A stretch of 63,389 bases of DNA, filler included, from Choristocarpus tenellus KU-1152 (Eukaryota; Protista; Phaeophyceae), in the NCBI GenBank assembly GCA_964200185.2. It is 10 parts of 10 records of this genome, joined end to end, with 100 filler letters (N's around TTAATTAATTAA, not from the genome) between each part and the next. Parts side by side here need not be neighbours in the genome. Positions count along the whole stretch, not along the records: positions 1 to 12,665 come from CAXNAD020001748.1; positions 12,766 to 25,341 come from CAXNAD020001779.1; 8 more parts are not named here. One strand, written 5' to 3'. How positions within the stretch are numbered: position 1 is the stretch's first letter; each line of letters starts with the position of its first letter. This document shows, in pieces, positions 1-13,659 of this stretch. The position numbers and the translations under genes were made by a program. The notes beneath the pieces were generated by a model that was given only the letters and a program-made list of their open reading frames with translations, was not told the origin of the DNA and did not search any database.

Positions 1-2740
1 CCCCCCCTCTAGATACTTTCAACCAAGAGAGATTTCGCAAGACTATCCACTACTTTGATCAGAAAACCTCCTGTTAGTGCTCGGCTTCAAACTGAGAGGA
101 AAATTGCAGCACTCTTGTGAGGTTCTAATGTCTACTAATGGTGTTCCATACTGCCAAATGCAACGTAGTATTATGGATCATCCCTCTGCTGCAAATGTGA
201 GTGGAAGTCATGTGCAAATAGGGACCTCTCTACCTTGATACTGCAGAGTAGATAGGTTGTCAGTTATGATGATATACTCAAAATATTGGACCATTGAATT
301 TAGACGGAAAAAAACACATTTGTGATCTACAAGCCAGTTACTCCACCCAGAGACAGTAAACTTTGTTTGAGGGTCATCATCCTTTTGTCGTTGGATTTCC
401 TCTTACCTGGGTCAACTACAGCAGTATTTACTGAGAATGGTGTCCACATCTTTGAATCATCAAAGGAATTGCATCACATGATATAATCTAGTCCGAAGTA
501 CATACTTACCACTTCAAACACCTAGTAAACAATATTTCACTGTATTGCATTATGGTAAACTATACTGCACAAGAACTACGTATTATATACATGGTTTAAC
601 AGTGTGGGTTGTGGGTTCTTCCTTTCTACTCAGCATGTAGTACACAGTTCAGTTAGAACTATTTTTCTGAGAGTGGGCAAAGATGTAGTTTCGAGCTACC
701 CTGTGCGTTTCAAGGTATCGCTTGTAGCTGAGTCTGGTAAAGACGCGCATACGGACCAAGTAGAAAACGCTTTCCGTCGGTTTCAACAAATGAACGCGCG
801 TGAACTGTTCTGTGGGCAAAGTACTTGAAAGTTTGAACAAACACCAGCACTTGGAATGTTCTTCAAGGAATGGGTTACAGATTGTACTTGAGGACTCAGC
901 ATGATATGAAAATACTCTAGTGCCGAACCTAAACATTATTGGTGCATCTGGAACAATTCAAAAAGTATTATTAATCAATTCGATCAACTATTTTCATAGG
1001 GCCATACTCCTAATGAAGTGCCCCGTCAAAACGTTTCTACACAAATATTGAATCAAATTTACAAAATACTCTAGAATACTTAAAAGGTAACAAGCATCAA
1101 TCACTGCGAGTTGGGCAGGGTTTTGGGAACAACCTAATTATAGACAAGAAAACATGTATTATCACTCACTACTTTGTTATATTATTCTTGTGATACGTAC
1201 AGACTCAGCCTTGATAATACAGAGCACAGTGTCGCACGCAGTGCTCCTTTTTGTTATTGCTCACCCTTGTCGCTTATTTTTGTGCTTTTGAATGCACATA
1301 GAAGTCATTTCCCAAAATGCCGCAGGTGATCGGACATCCATCCATTCAGAAACCACTTTGACACCAAAAGGGACCGATCATATATATGATTACCATAGGT
1401 CATATAAATATGATACATAAATATATATGATAAGGGGGGAGTGGAAGTATGGTTGTAGCTGAGGGATTGCTTGTTTGCATGCATACCCCTGCATGTATCA
1501 ACGTTTGTTTGTGTTGAATGGAGGGTGACCATGCATGAAATGCAGGCTCGGTTTTAACGATCAGACTTGTAGCTGTTGATTTCGATATTTGAAGGTATTT
1601 TTTTCACTGAAGTGGAAATAACATGGGCATTTTTTGTTGCAAGTGGTCTTATATTGGTAGTGAGGAGCCCAGTCCAAAATATAACTTCATTCTGGTATGG
1701 TGTTGTGTGTGTGTGCATTTGCTGTGTAGCATCTTAAGAACCCTGAAGAAGAGATTAATTTACTCAATCGAGTTGTTTTGATGTGTGTGTAGGTATGTGT
1801 GGTACATGACCTTCATCTCCCTTCTGGTTTTCTGTTGTCTGTGTTGTCACCTGCTCGTTTTGATAGTAGTAGAAACATAAATGGTACCGTATTTAAAAAC
1901 ATTATAGAGAATATTCTCTGTTCTTTGTTTGCCTTACTGTTACATCCGTCGCTCTCTCTAAGACCTTAATCCAACACTGGCAGTTAACCGGGCTCACTGG
2001 TTGGACTGGGGCTGCAGGACTGCCTTCTGCCCTATCCAGGTTACAATCTTGATGGATCCTGTCCAACCCTATACAAACATACATCATCTGGGTCGGTCCA
2101 CTGTCTGGTCCTGTTAAATAATATTTAGATTTTGCTCGAAAGTGGCTCTGTCAGATGTGATGAAGAACGAACAATGAAAAATGAATTTTTAAAAGCCCTA
2201 GGAAAGTAGTGTCTACTTGAAGTACTCAGCAAAATCTAAGAAACAAATGATACATCTTTTTTATATGAGTATTGATGAGTGACTCCTAACTTCCTTGCCA
2301 TAAGTTACTTTCCATACATTGATTACTACAAGTCATAAAAGGTGAAGGGGTCAAGGAGGGATGTAGGGGACGAAGGGAATCGTGTGAGGCATAACTTGTT
2401 CAAACCTGATTTCGTATGTGTGGTGCTTGGTTGTGCTGTGGCTAGCTTGTGGCGAAGAGTATCATAGTGCAACAAAACACCAGTGAATTTGTTCTGGTAA
2501 ATCTGACGACATGTTTTGCTCAATCAGATAATGGTTGATGCGAAAGTGGGATCATTCATTGAGACGCTCAAATGAAGAAATGCATGCTCTGTGGATAGGC
2601 TTGTCACCTTGGCTGAGAAGGGTTTCTGAGGATGCTTTAACTCTGATTATATTGCATCCTGGTGTGTATCAGGTACACAGTAATGCAGAGTGATTATGAT
2701 GAATTAGGAGGGGGCAATGCCAGCCAAGAAAAAAAATGAA

Positions 2741-2999
2741 GAGCCAAAGTATCTTAGAGGGTAGAGACACGTCCATTTGGGGGCCAATATCCAATTTTTC
2801 GATTTTGATGTAATTTTGACTATCGTGTATGTTAGGAAGTGTCAATATCCTTGTACCAGACCCACCTTTTCATAGCGTAAACATTTTGCCTACTCCGAAA
2901 TTACTTTGGAGTGGGAAAATGTCATAAAAAACCCGAGGGAAGTCAAGCCCCAAATGGACAAACAGGGCAAAACTTGTACCCTCTAAGATACTTTCACTC
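2741..2999 (+). mobile_element. MITE family A (~260 bp)
   Basis: TIR GAGCCAAAGTATCTTAGAGGGTA / TACCCTCTAAGATACTTTCACTC; flanked by TGAA/TGAA. Confidence 0.92.
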
Positions 3000-3399
3000 T
3001 GAACACATGATGTGTAACTGAAGACTCCTGATTCAAAGAAGAAACAAGGAGACAAACTTGAATCAATATCTAACGGAACTCATGTGACACATATGATGCC
3101 TGCATGTGTGATAGGTAAAGACTGTTCTTATGCTTCCTGTGAACTGTGATGTTCTAAAAGGGATTGATGAGTTGGTGATGTGAGTGGAAGTAACGACCAA
3201 TGCAATGGAAAATCAACATTCCGTTTGATCTGGTGATCCTGTATCTTACAAGACAAATTAAATGAGTAGACTATGTTTTAACAGACCCAGCCTCCAGAGC
3301 ACAGTGGGCAATATTCGTTGATTTCCAATGAACAGTGGAAGAGGAGGCAATGGGAGCAGCAGCAGCAGAAGTGACGGTGACAGTAATATTTGTAACGCA

Positions 3400-3800
3400 T
3401 CAAACGTACAGCTATACCTGCCCGGGTTGATAGTTCCTCCTTATGAAGTCCCGTTCAACAACTAAGTTGTGGAGAGGGATCAGTCTGATGAATCAGATAA
3501 TGGTACAATAGTGTGGGTGTCGAGTCCGGCGCATGGTGGTGATTGCTCGGTTGGAATATGTGATGTTGGATGTGGTAGGATCAAGGAAGCAACCAGGCAG
3601 CAAGATGTCTCCTATCTTGAAGTGAGTCAAACAGGGTGAGAGGTAGGAAGGGTTGCATTTTAAGGATCCCAAGAAAGGGTAATAATGCGCCATTTTGTAC
3701 CATTGCAAAAAGAGCCTTCTTTGATTAATTTTGGTGTCACATTGTGCGTGGAAAGGGGGATCATCAATTTTGCTTACACTGTTATAGACATAAGGCAATG
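3400..3800 (-). pseudogene. Decayed gypsy integrase C-terminal remnant
   Basis: LPYVYNSVS and QLSC*TGLHK resemble AYNNSVS and KLS..WTGPYK. Confidence 0.3.
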
Positions 3801-4463
3801 AAAGAGAGTGTGTTGCACAGGGTAAGAAAGATGGATTAGAATGAAAAATGTTCTAAACCTGCCCACCTCTCAATTGGTATGACTCAGCACTTCAAGACTT
3901 TGCTTCAAAGAAAGGAGAGCACAATAAAGTGCTTCTGACCTTTTCAATCGAAATATTGATGTGTGCAGAGGAAGTGTGCGCATATCAGGAAAGATACTGT
4001 TGAGAAGCCGAGCAAGGTGCTCATTGCCATTGAAGTCCCTTGTAGTGTAGTACTCGACTGTGGCAACAGCAGTAAGGCCAAGTTGAAAGCCGCCAAACAG
4101 CCCTCAGTACCCTCCCTTCAAATACTTGCTGAAATGATCTTAAAACGTTTTACGGTGCTCTTTTTCACCTCCAAATAAAATAGGTCCAGGAGAATCTTGT
4201 TTAAGGTTGTTGCACGCATTGGAGATGTGGCGTATGCAGGTAGTATGTAGCCTGTTTAGAGCTTATGTCCCACTCCAGTCAGTATTTCTTCTTACTAGAC
4301 GGAAATCGGACTGTTTTCACCTTCGCACTTCAAATAAGTACTCTTGATTGTCACAGTTGTAGTTTGAACTATTGCATGATGCCAACTGAAACTTTCCAAA
4401 TCGAGAAAAACATCTAATTCACATATTTTATCATTTTGTCACTATTTTACGCGCACAACGTTG

Positions 4464-4649
4464 AACAGCAGATTTCAAAAATTGAGGATGGAGCTTTTCA
4501 TTGAGGATGGGCTTGACCCAAAATTGACTGGGAGAANNNNNNNNNNAAAAATTGAGGATGAATCTTTTTATTTATGATGTGCTTAACCCAAAATTGACTG
4601 GGAGAAAGTGTCGATATGTTTTTTTTTTAATTTTTTGAAATCTGCTGTT
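4464..4649 (+). mobile_element. TIR element family D (other copies ~41085-41163 on minus, ~12617-12650)
   Basis: AACAGCAGATTTCAAAAA ... TTTTTGAAATCTGCTGTT; internal TTGAGGATGG repeats; spans a 10-N gap. Confidence 0.7.
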
Positions 4650-4699
4650 GTTGGGTGAACAAGCTCAGTTTAACGAAGTCGTACTCAACAAGATTAGGC

Positions 4700-5340
4700 C
4701 GCAACCTTGTCTGGTTTACTCTTTAATGGTTCTGGCTTGGCCCTGTTAAGACACATTTTACACTTCTCCCCGACCGTGGCTCTGTTCATTCAACAATCTT
4801 GAAGCATGGAGACAGGTATTTTATTGCTCCACATCCCATCTCAGGAACATTTAGTCCAGGCCAGTCACGGTCCTGTCCAGAATATGCTCTGTGATGGTCC
4901 TGCTACACTGGTTGAGAGAAATCGTATTTCACCGAGACAACCCACGACACCTCCCCATAATGTAGTGTTAGTTGAGTGTAAAGCCCTCCTTTCCCGAAAT
5001 AATGAACGTAGAGTCGGTTCCCCTTTTCAACCTTTCAATCAAAAAAATTGGACCCATTTTGGTTTAGAGAAATGTAATGTGATGTTTTGGATTTGATTAT
5101 ATAAGGCGTATTTTGGATGGACAGATGATACGCGTTGAAGTAGACACACTTACCTACATGGCTGTTAAGGGCGGTCCAAACCCCGTTGTCCCCACATAGG
5201 AACCTATAGCACACTACTACCTTATATATATACATACTTTTGTCATGCCATGTACAGCAAAACAATACTGTCTCTTTCCTACCATGAAACCTGGACCACC
5301 ACACTTCGTCAGGTATAAATGTCATGGAGGCTACCTCCAT
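4700..5340 (-). pseudogene. Possible piggyBac-like transposase remnant
   Basis: GKCVYFNAYHLS (compare v.fDNyftS) and W...EIRFLST; degenerate. Confidence 0.3.
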
Positions 5341-6285
5341 AAAATTTGTGGCACTGTTATTGATCCAGATGCGGGGATGATGAGGTGAAGATCCTGTGCT
5401 TCAATTCTCACACTCCCAATGATAAAAATTCTGAAGAGAATAGTGATGAGGGCGACAGTGATGGTGAGGATACACGAAGTGGTCCTGACAGAAGGAGGCT
5501 ATTATGTATAGCAAACAAAAAAAATGTGCTGGAAGACCTTGAGATGAAGGGTGGTGCACATCGGATCAATGACCACTAGGGCTCAGGAATGGCTGGAACT
5601 GTAAGAGCAGGAGGGTGTAGGAGGCCTTGGGGCAGGACCTCAGGGACGAGCTAGTAGAGGCAGCTTGTGTTACGAGCACCGCATTCAAGCCTGGTGACCA
5701 AGGGGGTAGATTTTCCGGAGATCAGGTTGAGACACAGGATGGTGTTGCTTGAGATGGTGGCCTTTTGTTTAGGTGGCACCATTTTTTCTTGAATTGGAGG
5801 AAAGGCGAAAGAGAGTGAACTAGATCGCGCTTGCATATTGCTGTAAAAGCTTCGAGACCTTTAATACACACAGATATCAGACAGTTCTTTGATGCGTTTT
5901 GTAATATGTGGTTCTGTTCTCTACATAAATAACATTACGTGTACACAACGTCGTACCCGATGAACATGTGACTCACACTTGTTTGTAAAATGTCGACTTT
6001 TGACCACGTAACTTTTGTTCACTTGAAATACTTTAAGCCCCAAATTAATGAGCCCCAAATTATTGAAACTCACCTCAAAATGGACTTTGTTGAATAAGGG
6101 GAGTTAGTCAAAATAATAAGCCCATGAATTATTTGGTTAGGACAGGGTTGCCCTAAAAGGGGCTACCTACTACTACTAGATAACATTCAAAACGAAAACA
6201 AGAAACAAAAACGCCTCCACATTGACATGAACACATAATGTTATTTCTCATAGTGAGAAAGTCAGTAGGTGCAGGGCAGATTGTC

Positions 6286-7630
6286 ATGGTACTCAATAGT
6301 TTACCACGGTGGAGTCCTGTCGTTGCTGCAGTGCTTTCTTTCCTCTGTCTTCAAAAAGGATGGGTATCTGCGGAGCTTGTAGACTACACCATCACCTTCC
6401 TCCAATTCCTCTACTTTGAACACCAATGGGTAGTAGCTATAGCCATCTTCTACAGCATCACCCGTTCCGCTGTTTTGGCCGAATCTAGGTGAGGGATCAT
6501 GAGGCGGTCAGTTCATTAAAATATTAGAAGCTGACTGTGGAGAACCAGGTGGTCATCTCCTATTCAGTCCCAATCCTTCAGGGTTGGACAATCTTTGACA
6601 CTACCTCTTATTGAGTCTAGTCAACGACCGAATGGCAAAGTTTACTTTCTCATCCCACCCTATCACAGCTTGAATGGTGCATTTGCACCCTTCAGGCATG
6701 TGTCCTTGGTGCTGATGCTGTTAGTTTTCGTTGCAGCTATGCAACCCGTCAACCGCATCACCTTCATTCACCAGCTGCCGATGCTAACGGAGCAGGAATG
6801 TCAATGGATTATTGACACGGCCAACCGTGACATAAAGGCGATCGGTGGCTGGACGAAGGGTCGGCATCGTGCCTACCCGACGGAGGACATTCCTGTGGCC
6901 CGCCTACCTGAGGTGGATGGCTTTCTCAAGGAAGTTGTGCGGGAGCGCCTTAAACCAGCTGTAGGAGCTCACTACTCCTTTGCCACGCTTCACATAGATG
7001 TGCTGGACATGTTCCTCGTCCGGTATTCGCTCGAAGGTACGTCGTTCTTAATATAGTTGACGTGCGTTTCTTATCGCGGTGTTGAGTTCGCTCAGTTTTA
7101 GTCTTTCGCGGGTTGTTGGGCAGGTATTTGGGAGGATTCGGAAGTATAGACAGGAATTGGACGTTTGATTCCTTCCTCAGACCACGTACCTTCCCTATAT
7201 GCTCCTGTTCATTTGTTCTATGTCCACGTTTCCTACTGGCATCGCTGGCTACTCTCACGGGTTCACTCGGACAGGTCAACGCTCATTGCAGTCACACGTG
7301 GACTCTGGGCACTTGTCTTTTGATGTAATGCTAAGCACAAACGCCACCGATTTTGAGGGTGGGGGGGTTCGCTACAAAGCACTGGGGGAGACTCTCTCCC
7401 CACCCAAGGGCTCTGTCATTATCCACCCTGCTAAACTCGTGCACTCTGGAGTTGAAATCACAAGTGGAGAAAGATACGTAATCGTAGGATTCACAAAAAT
7501 TTCGGTGGGGAGTTTGTGGAACAATAACTTCATTCTCCCATGGCGTTTGTGGGGATACCTCACAAAGGAGGTGCAGCTAAAGGTTCATGGTACTGGCGAG
7601 TCACAGTGGTCCGCTTCAGAGCCCTCGTAG
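6286..7630 (+). CDS. 2OG-Fe(II) dioxygenase, PLOD/lysyl-hydroxylase C-terminal type, with N-terminal hydrophobic helices; exons 6286-6488, 6696-7036, 7275-7630
   Basis: GT-AG junctions keep frame (ESR|HVSL, SLEG|QRSL). Motifs RHRAYPTEDIP, MFLVRY, QRSLQSHVD (HxD), DFEGGG, LVHSG (distal His), GERYVIVGF. Stop at 7630. The start could alternatively be 6238. Confidence 0.88.
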
Positions 7631-8149
7631 GAAATTATTCTCCTTATCAGTGTGGTTGAGGTGCCCGGTTGTTGAGAGATTGGGTTATAGGTGTGGATTG
7701 GGATTGAATGCAAGGACATCATGTGCTTCGTTTGCTTGCTCACTCAATATATGCCATGGCCAGTCTTGTTGGACTCTCGAGGTACTTTGAAGTATATAAA
7801 CTAAAATATAGTCTGTAGCTAGCATTGTTGTCGGTTTATTTGTTTATTCATGTGCTTGTCTTGTTTTAAAAATCAATGCTGTTCATACTTGCTTTAAGAT
7901 AATGGGGGCACAAGAAATGAGAGAAAAGACACTTTAACTCTATGTAAATATAAGGCTAACCAAATCATTTCATGGAACTCAAAAGGTGGTAATTTGATCT
8001 CCGTAATTTATCGTGGAGTGTGTATTGTGGAGGTGATCTTGTTCATCTCTCTGCATTCAAGTGCTGACAAAATGACCTGACTCCTGGTTTCAAGAAATGT
8101 ACTTGTCACTAGCTAAGTGATCAAAAATGGGATGCCTTCACCACTATAT

Positions 8150-8460
8150 TGTGGACTTTACAAATGATGGGACAGATGCGATATTTTTCGTAGTACTATC
8201 GTTACAAAATACTGGGAATAGCTTCTTCGATCATCGATGCATTTGTGGCGGTGTTCACCAAAGAGTCGGAGGGTGCAAAACGATACATCCCATATATATT
8301 TTCACGTCTCAGTTTCTCTTAGCACTATCATCATTGATGTGCTCAATTCACATAACTTACTGCAAAAGGGAACTGGAAAGTTCGCAATCTATTCATCTAC
8401 TTTTCATACTCTGTTGTGCTGGTGGTGTGGACTGCGCTTAGAATTGTTCAGAATATTGGG
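8150..8460 (-). pseudogene. Possible piggyBac-like transposase C-terminal remnant
   Basis: EYEK*MNRLRTFQ...LVNTATNASMI resembles YNkyMgGVD..DQ...lD.a..Na.i. Confidence 0.28.
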
Positions 8461-10229
8461 TTGAGGTGGGGACAATCTCTTATCCCGCAACCTTTGCACC
8501 ACTACAGTGAGTGGAGAGGATTTTGGTCGGCTTTTCCTATTACTTCCACCTCTTAATGTTCAAGGTTGCCTCCTCCCTCAGGTGGTGCAGATAGAAGTCT
8601 GCAAGATGTGCTTCGAACTAGGTTTTGAATCTTCGCCACACCTAGTGGGAAATAACTGGGTCAGATTGTAATCTGTCTTATCATGCTAAGGAGTCGGATA
8701 GTTTTACCCTCCTCCCTTTGACTCTTTACTTTTTGACGCCACTGTACACTATCGTGATACCATGCCTGGCTACCTACTGGGAGTACATTCATTCCTGGTA
8801 TGCCCATTGCACCATGAAAAAATAGTATTTTCGGCATCAACAGATAATCGCAATGTACACCAAATATACAGAAGAAGAATCGTCAGCCTAAAGAAAGTTA
8901 TTAATTATGCGAACATTTACTAACCAGTGGAAAGGAAGGTGAGTCATCGGTGAGGAGCACTGTGGCCTACTCAAGCAAGGATCAAAATGCCCCCGATGAG
9001 CCTCAGATTATGACATGATTGAGTTTTGCACCATGTGGTAGGTTCCTTTCTACCTCTGGACAACCCATTGGACCAGTCGAGACCCGGCACATTGAAGCAT
9101 CTCAGAAACGCATACAGTATATTTTCTGCTTTCATCAAGTAGGCTTGTGCCGGTTCCCTCCCACTCTTGCCCCCCTGTGTCACTTGCAATACTGATGAAA
9201 TATGACAACAAGATAACAATCGAGACCATGTGATCTATCCGAGAGAAACTGTACAGCCATCAGGTCAATGATGCCCAATTCTAGAAATGCTTTATTTTTC
9301 TTCTTGCTCCAACATTTCCACAAATATAATAGCATGAGAAAGCTGGCTAAGAATGGGGGCATGGTGAGTGAATGTGTTTTCTAGACGCGAGACCCCAGAT
9401 CATTTGAAGTAGACTAGGAGGAAAGAGAAAAAGGAGATGTCATCAACCGATCTATTTGGTCTGTAGTGCCCTGTCACTGGCTGACGCATGGGTAGTTGAT
9501 AGGTCATCCCATGGGATCATCCTCACTAAGTATCAATTCTCTTAACGATTTCCTTGCCACCATTGTTTCTGGAGAAGTCACCTCAACCTGTAACACTCGA
9601 TCCAAGCTGGTGCCACGTGAACAGCTACGTCTTCTGATGATGCCCACCTATCAGGAGTCCCTTCTGCTCTCTGGTGTTTCTGAAATAGCCAGTAATTTTA
9701 TTACGAAATATAGTATTTTAGACGCTTTGAAGTAGTTAAAAGGAAACTGTTCTTGAGGAGAAGTAGACTAATGAAGAACCAAAGTAATTAAGTGGTAGGC
9801 AAGCTTGGGTTGTTTTGCATCTTAAGCCATCTTGCTTACCCTGTGCAACACACCCCTATTTCATTGCATTTTGAGCACAATACTGTACTCAAAATTGATA
9901 GTCGGCATTTCCACACATTAAGTGACACGACAATTATGGAAAGACTCTTCCTGTAAGGGTACAAAATGGCATAGTTTTACCCTTTCTTGGGACCCTTAAA
10001 AAATACAACCCTGGTTACCTCCGAATTGGTTTGACTCTCAATATGCTTTCATATCTTGTACCAGCATTGAGGTTTGCACAGCAAAACCCCGCCTGCCGAA
10101 AATAGTATGTGTAGCAATTTCTACAAAGATTTACACAAATAAAGGAAATGACGAACACAGTACGAGGGTTATGACATATACTACGTGTTCCTATTTGTTA
10201 TACCCCAACCATAAATCCTGATATTGGGT

Positions 10230-11880
10230 CGGACAAAAGAGAAAAGTGGTGTAGGGCAACGTATTAGTTGGAGTACTGTGAGAACCAGATTCCATATACA
10301 CGGAAAGAGTCACCGTTTTGATTTGTATTCACCCTTTCCATTTCGAATCTCCTGCGTACCACCATATGCCATCACCTGTCCGTATAATGGCGCCGAATTT
10401 TATCTCTCCCTTATTGATAAGAGCCTTGGTGATCTTCTTCTACATCTTAAGATACTCGGAGTCCAGATAGATGCTTCTCTCCCATGGCTTAGCGGTTTGG
10501 GATTGTCCAGCCAGGACAATCGTTAAGCACTCACTGGGACTGTTTGGGGAGGGGATTGTGGATTATATAGAATCGTTATCCTGTACCATAAATCAATACA
10601 GTAAATTCCTTGTTCACCTTACCCTTGTTTCAATCTGTCATCGTAAGATGACACTGCAACTTGCATGAACCTGACATCTCTAAACTTGGGCTCCTCGTTT
10701 TTCCTCGTCTTCGCAACCCTTTTCTCACACATCCCAAGTGCAAGCTCTCAGGCTTCCACGGAGGGTTTCGAGCAACCACACATACTCCCTCTGTCCCATA
10801 AGTCTGTGCCATTAAGATGTAGCTCTTCGAGATGACCTCGGATTACAAAACGGATTTTGACGTATTCCTTGGAATATTGTACACTACAACAAAAAAATCG
10901 AAGAATTCTGGGGAGAATTCCATTCTGAAATGGTTCCGAAAGAATGGAATACAAAATGAGGAATATTGGACCATTTTTAATCATCCTGCTCCAGCGTGGA
11001 GCTGTCCATCACTCACAGTCCACCGGTACGCACTCAAACAAATATACTTCTCCTACAGCCCTCCCCATCGACAGCAAGGGAACTCAGAGACTGTCTACTT
11101 GCATACAGCACACATACAAACCCCATGGCGAGCCCCCAGAACTCGTCATCCCCAACACAACCCCCACCGACTTATGGAAAGAACTGGGAGGACAGATGGG
11201 AAATTAAGCTCATGAAGCAGCTAGCACATTTGCCGGATCTCAACATCTTCAATTTAAGTTTTTTCGCATCCCTGAAGAGTAGGGTTTGGGCTGAGTGTTA
11301 TGGCACCATTGATGACGTTGTAGAGGGGATTAAGAGCATGTTCCACACATACAACGCAGACACGCTCAGAGGGTGTGGCAGAGTCTGTTTAAGAGGTAGA
11401 ATCAGGTGTTGAGAGCGCTGGGAGGCGACGATTTCCAGGAAGAGCAAACGGGGACCAAAAAAGGGCAGTGGGAGGGCAGGTTGGCTAGAGCGCCCAGAGT
11501 AGACCGAGTTGCCTACAACACAGCACTGGATTGGTGGATTGATGGTGTCGAGGGAAGGCAAGGCATTCATATTTTAATGTAGAATATACTAAGGAATCCA
11601 ACGCAAAATCGGTTTGTAATCGGAGGTTATCTCGAAGAGCTACAAATCTACGGCACAGACTTATGGGACAAAGGGAGTATATACCATACTCTCCATATTA
11701 TCCCCAAAGTGCCAAATAATACGCGACCCCACTATGTTAAATTAGGTTCTGCGTGAGGTACACTCCACTTCCACATTTCCTGTCACCTTCTCGACGTCCC
11801 TGGTGTATCCAACCAGGGGGCCCGGCCCTTCTGACGAGATTTGACCTCCCTTGGTTCCTTCCTTGTGCTCGCAGTCCCTG
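10230..11880 (-). pseudogene. Highly decayed copia-like pol remnant hosting the mariner insertion
   Basis: Fragments EEPKFRDVRF and NGDSFRVYGIWFSQY resemble the copia post-integrase region and RT start; many stops. Confidence 0.35.
10785..11677 (+). mobile_element. Tc1/mariner element, internally deleted, with Stowaway-type ~100-bp TIRs and TA TSD
   Basis: TA|CTCCCTCTGTCCCATAAGTCTGTGCC ... GGCACAGACTTATGGGACAAAGGGAG|TA. Transposase C-terminal remnant KQLAHLPDLNIFNLSFFASLKS (compare QPPNSPDLNVLDLGFF). Confidence 0.9.
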
Positions 11881-11889
11881 CAGAGTTAT

Positions 11890-12580
11890 GTGTTCAAACC
11901 AAAGAACTTACTGAGAAACCGGTTGGTTGAGCGTGCAGAAGACAAAGAAGTAGTAGCAGTCCCCTGCTCGCTGTGGTGATGTTAAGTGTGGATTGTTGAG
12001 TGTATGAGTGCGTTGTGTATGGACTTCCATCCATACCACCAATCACACAGTATTACAGTACATACTAATCATTGAACAAGGCAAATGGCTCCATTGGCAA
12101 GGGGGGCGACCAGAAGCGCCAAGAACATCGAAGGACAAGGCCAGAAAACAACAGGGCCAAAGACTTGAGAATCCAGCAAGAAGAAGTTTAGTTGATTGTG
12201 ATACTGGAATTCTCAGAACTACTGTTCGCACAATGTCACATTTTTTAAACTCTCCAACAAGTGTTTCGAGAATGCTTAGAACATCTTCAAAAGAGGTGGA
12301 TGTTCTGTCAATCATTGATGACAAAGGACCTCACATGCAATACATGTAAGTGTTTATACAAGCTGAAACGATATCTGACTCAGATCAGCTCCTCAAAAAA
12401 GGACACCTGTTGCTGACATTACCAACACATCAGAAAAGAGCAAAAATGCAAAGAGGATTCCACACTTTGGAAGGCATATAAAGTATGATACAACAGATTT
12501 TCCTATCTTCCGGGCCCAAACTCACAAAGAGCCAAAGCACACGAGAGGTATCCAGGGCTGCATTCTAGGACGCCAACAAA
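11890..12580 (+). pseudogene. Possible MULE/MuDR remnant (SWIM-like region)
   Basis: C*VYECVVYGLPS resembles CxC..glPC.H, followed by GRP-basic segment; weak. Confidence 0.25.
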
Positions 12581-12665
12581 TATGTCTATATTTTTACTTT
12601 TTTTATAAATGCATATTGAACAGAGGATTTTCAAAATTGGGGATGGAGCGGGACTACGAGGATAG

Positions 12666-12765
12666 NNNNNNNNNNNNNNNNNNNNNNNNNNNNNNNNNNN
12701 NNNNNNNNNTTAATTAATTAANNNNNNNNNNNNNNNNNNNNNNNNNNNNNNNNNNNNNNNNNNNN
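12666..12765. other. Artificial contig linker (N44-TTAATTAATTAA-N44); also at 25342, 29596, 32668, 37348, 40934, 44693, 54270, 58210
   Basis: Identical 100-bp structure nine times; the 12-mer places stops in all six frames. Confidence 0.98.
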
Positions 12766-13659
12766 CCCAGATACTTTGGCCCTATTTGCTTGCTACCACA
12801 CTATTACAAAGCATTCCTATGCATTCATACCGCCTATGGTGGTGGTCGTTTTGGTGTGAGATGGAGTGGGCTGTCTAATATATATATATTGACCTTCAGA
12901 TGGAAGAAAGATCAACAATAATCAAATACATATATATCCTCCATCAAACTGGGTTTGTCGCATCCATAGCTTCACAAAATCAGTTACCAACACAAAGTCA
13001 GAGCTTTACTCAAATGTATGGGGTGAGTTGATTTGGAAAGTTGAAGTTGAAGGATCCCTAGTTGAGATGTTGAATCAGATGCTGATGTTGAGTTGTGCAT
13101 TGACAACTGAACATACCTTTACGTGGTAGCAAAATTTTGAAAATGATTAGGAGAATTTATGGGTTTACTGGGTCGAATGTTTGACCTGTGAATATGAACA
13201 ACCCTCAACAAGATAAGTGTAGGTAGGACGGTGTTGAATTTGGCAAAAAAGACCCAGGTTTTAGATATTGTTGCACCCACAGCCTCACCACCATAGTCAT
13301 GCAATCTGCTCATTATTCCACAACACCTAATGGCAGAAGCTGACTCACAAATAGGGAGCTTTCTGCAAGTCATCCCAGATCTAATAATCTGCATACGATG
13401 TGAAAGGTTTTCTTTCAAGCATCCTATTGCAGTAGAGAAATTCGGTTGCGTAGAATATATTGGAGTATGTCTTTAATATGCAATTGGTAAAAATTGTCTG
13501 TCGGTTTGGTAAAAATCGCTATGTTTCCATATTTATGGTTCAAAATATATGATTTTACTCGAATTCTCTGCTGCAATCGAACGCAATAATATAAGTTTCT
13601 AACTGATGCGCTGATCGTTGACTTCTGATATGACCTATGGAAGAAAAACCTCAGAAAGT

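Noticed and set aside
400-2110. Possible minus-strand exons near 405-480, 650-948 and 1935-2110
   Set aside because: Splice-like sites exist, but I found no consistent phase chain or recognisable protein.
2741-2999. MITE-A/B as introner (intron-generating) elements
   Set aside because: No copy interrupts a host exon, and the ends do not form consistent GT/GC-AG boundaries.
12710-12721. Recurring palindrome TTAATTAATTAA
   Set aside because: Always centred in 44+44 Ns; it is a synthetic six-frame-stop linker.
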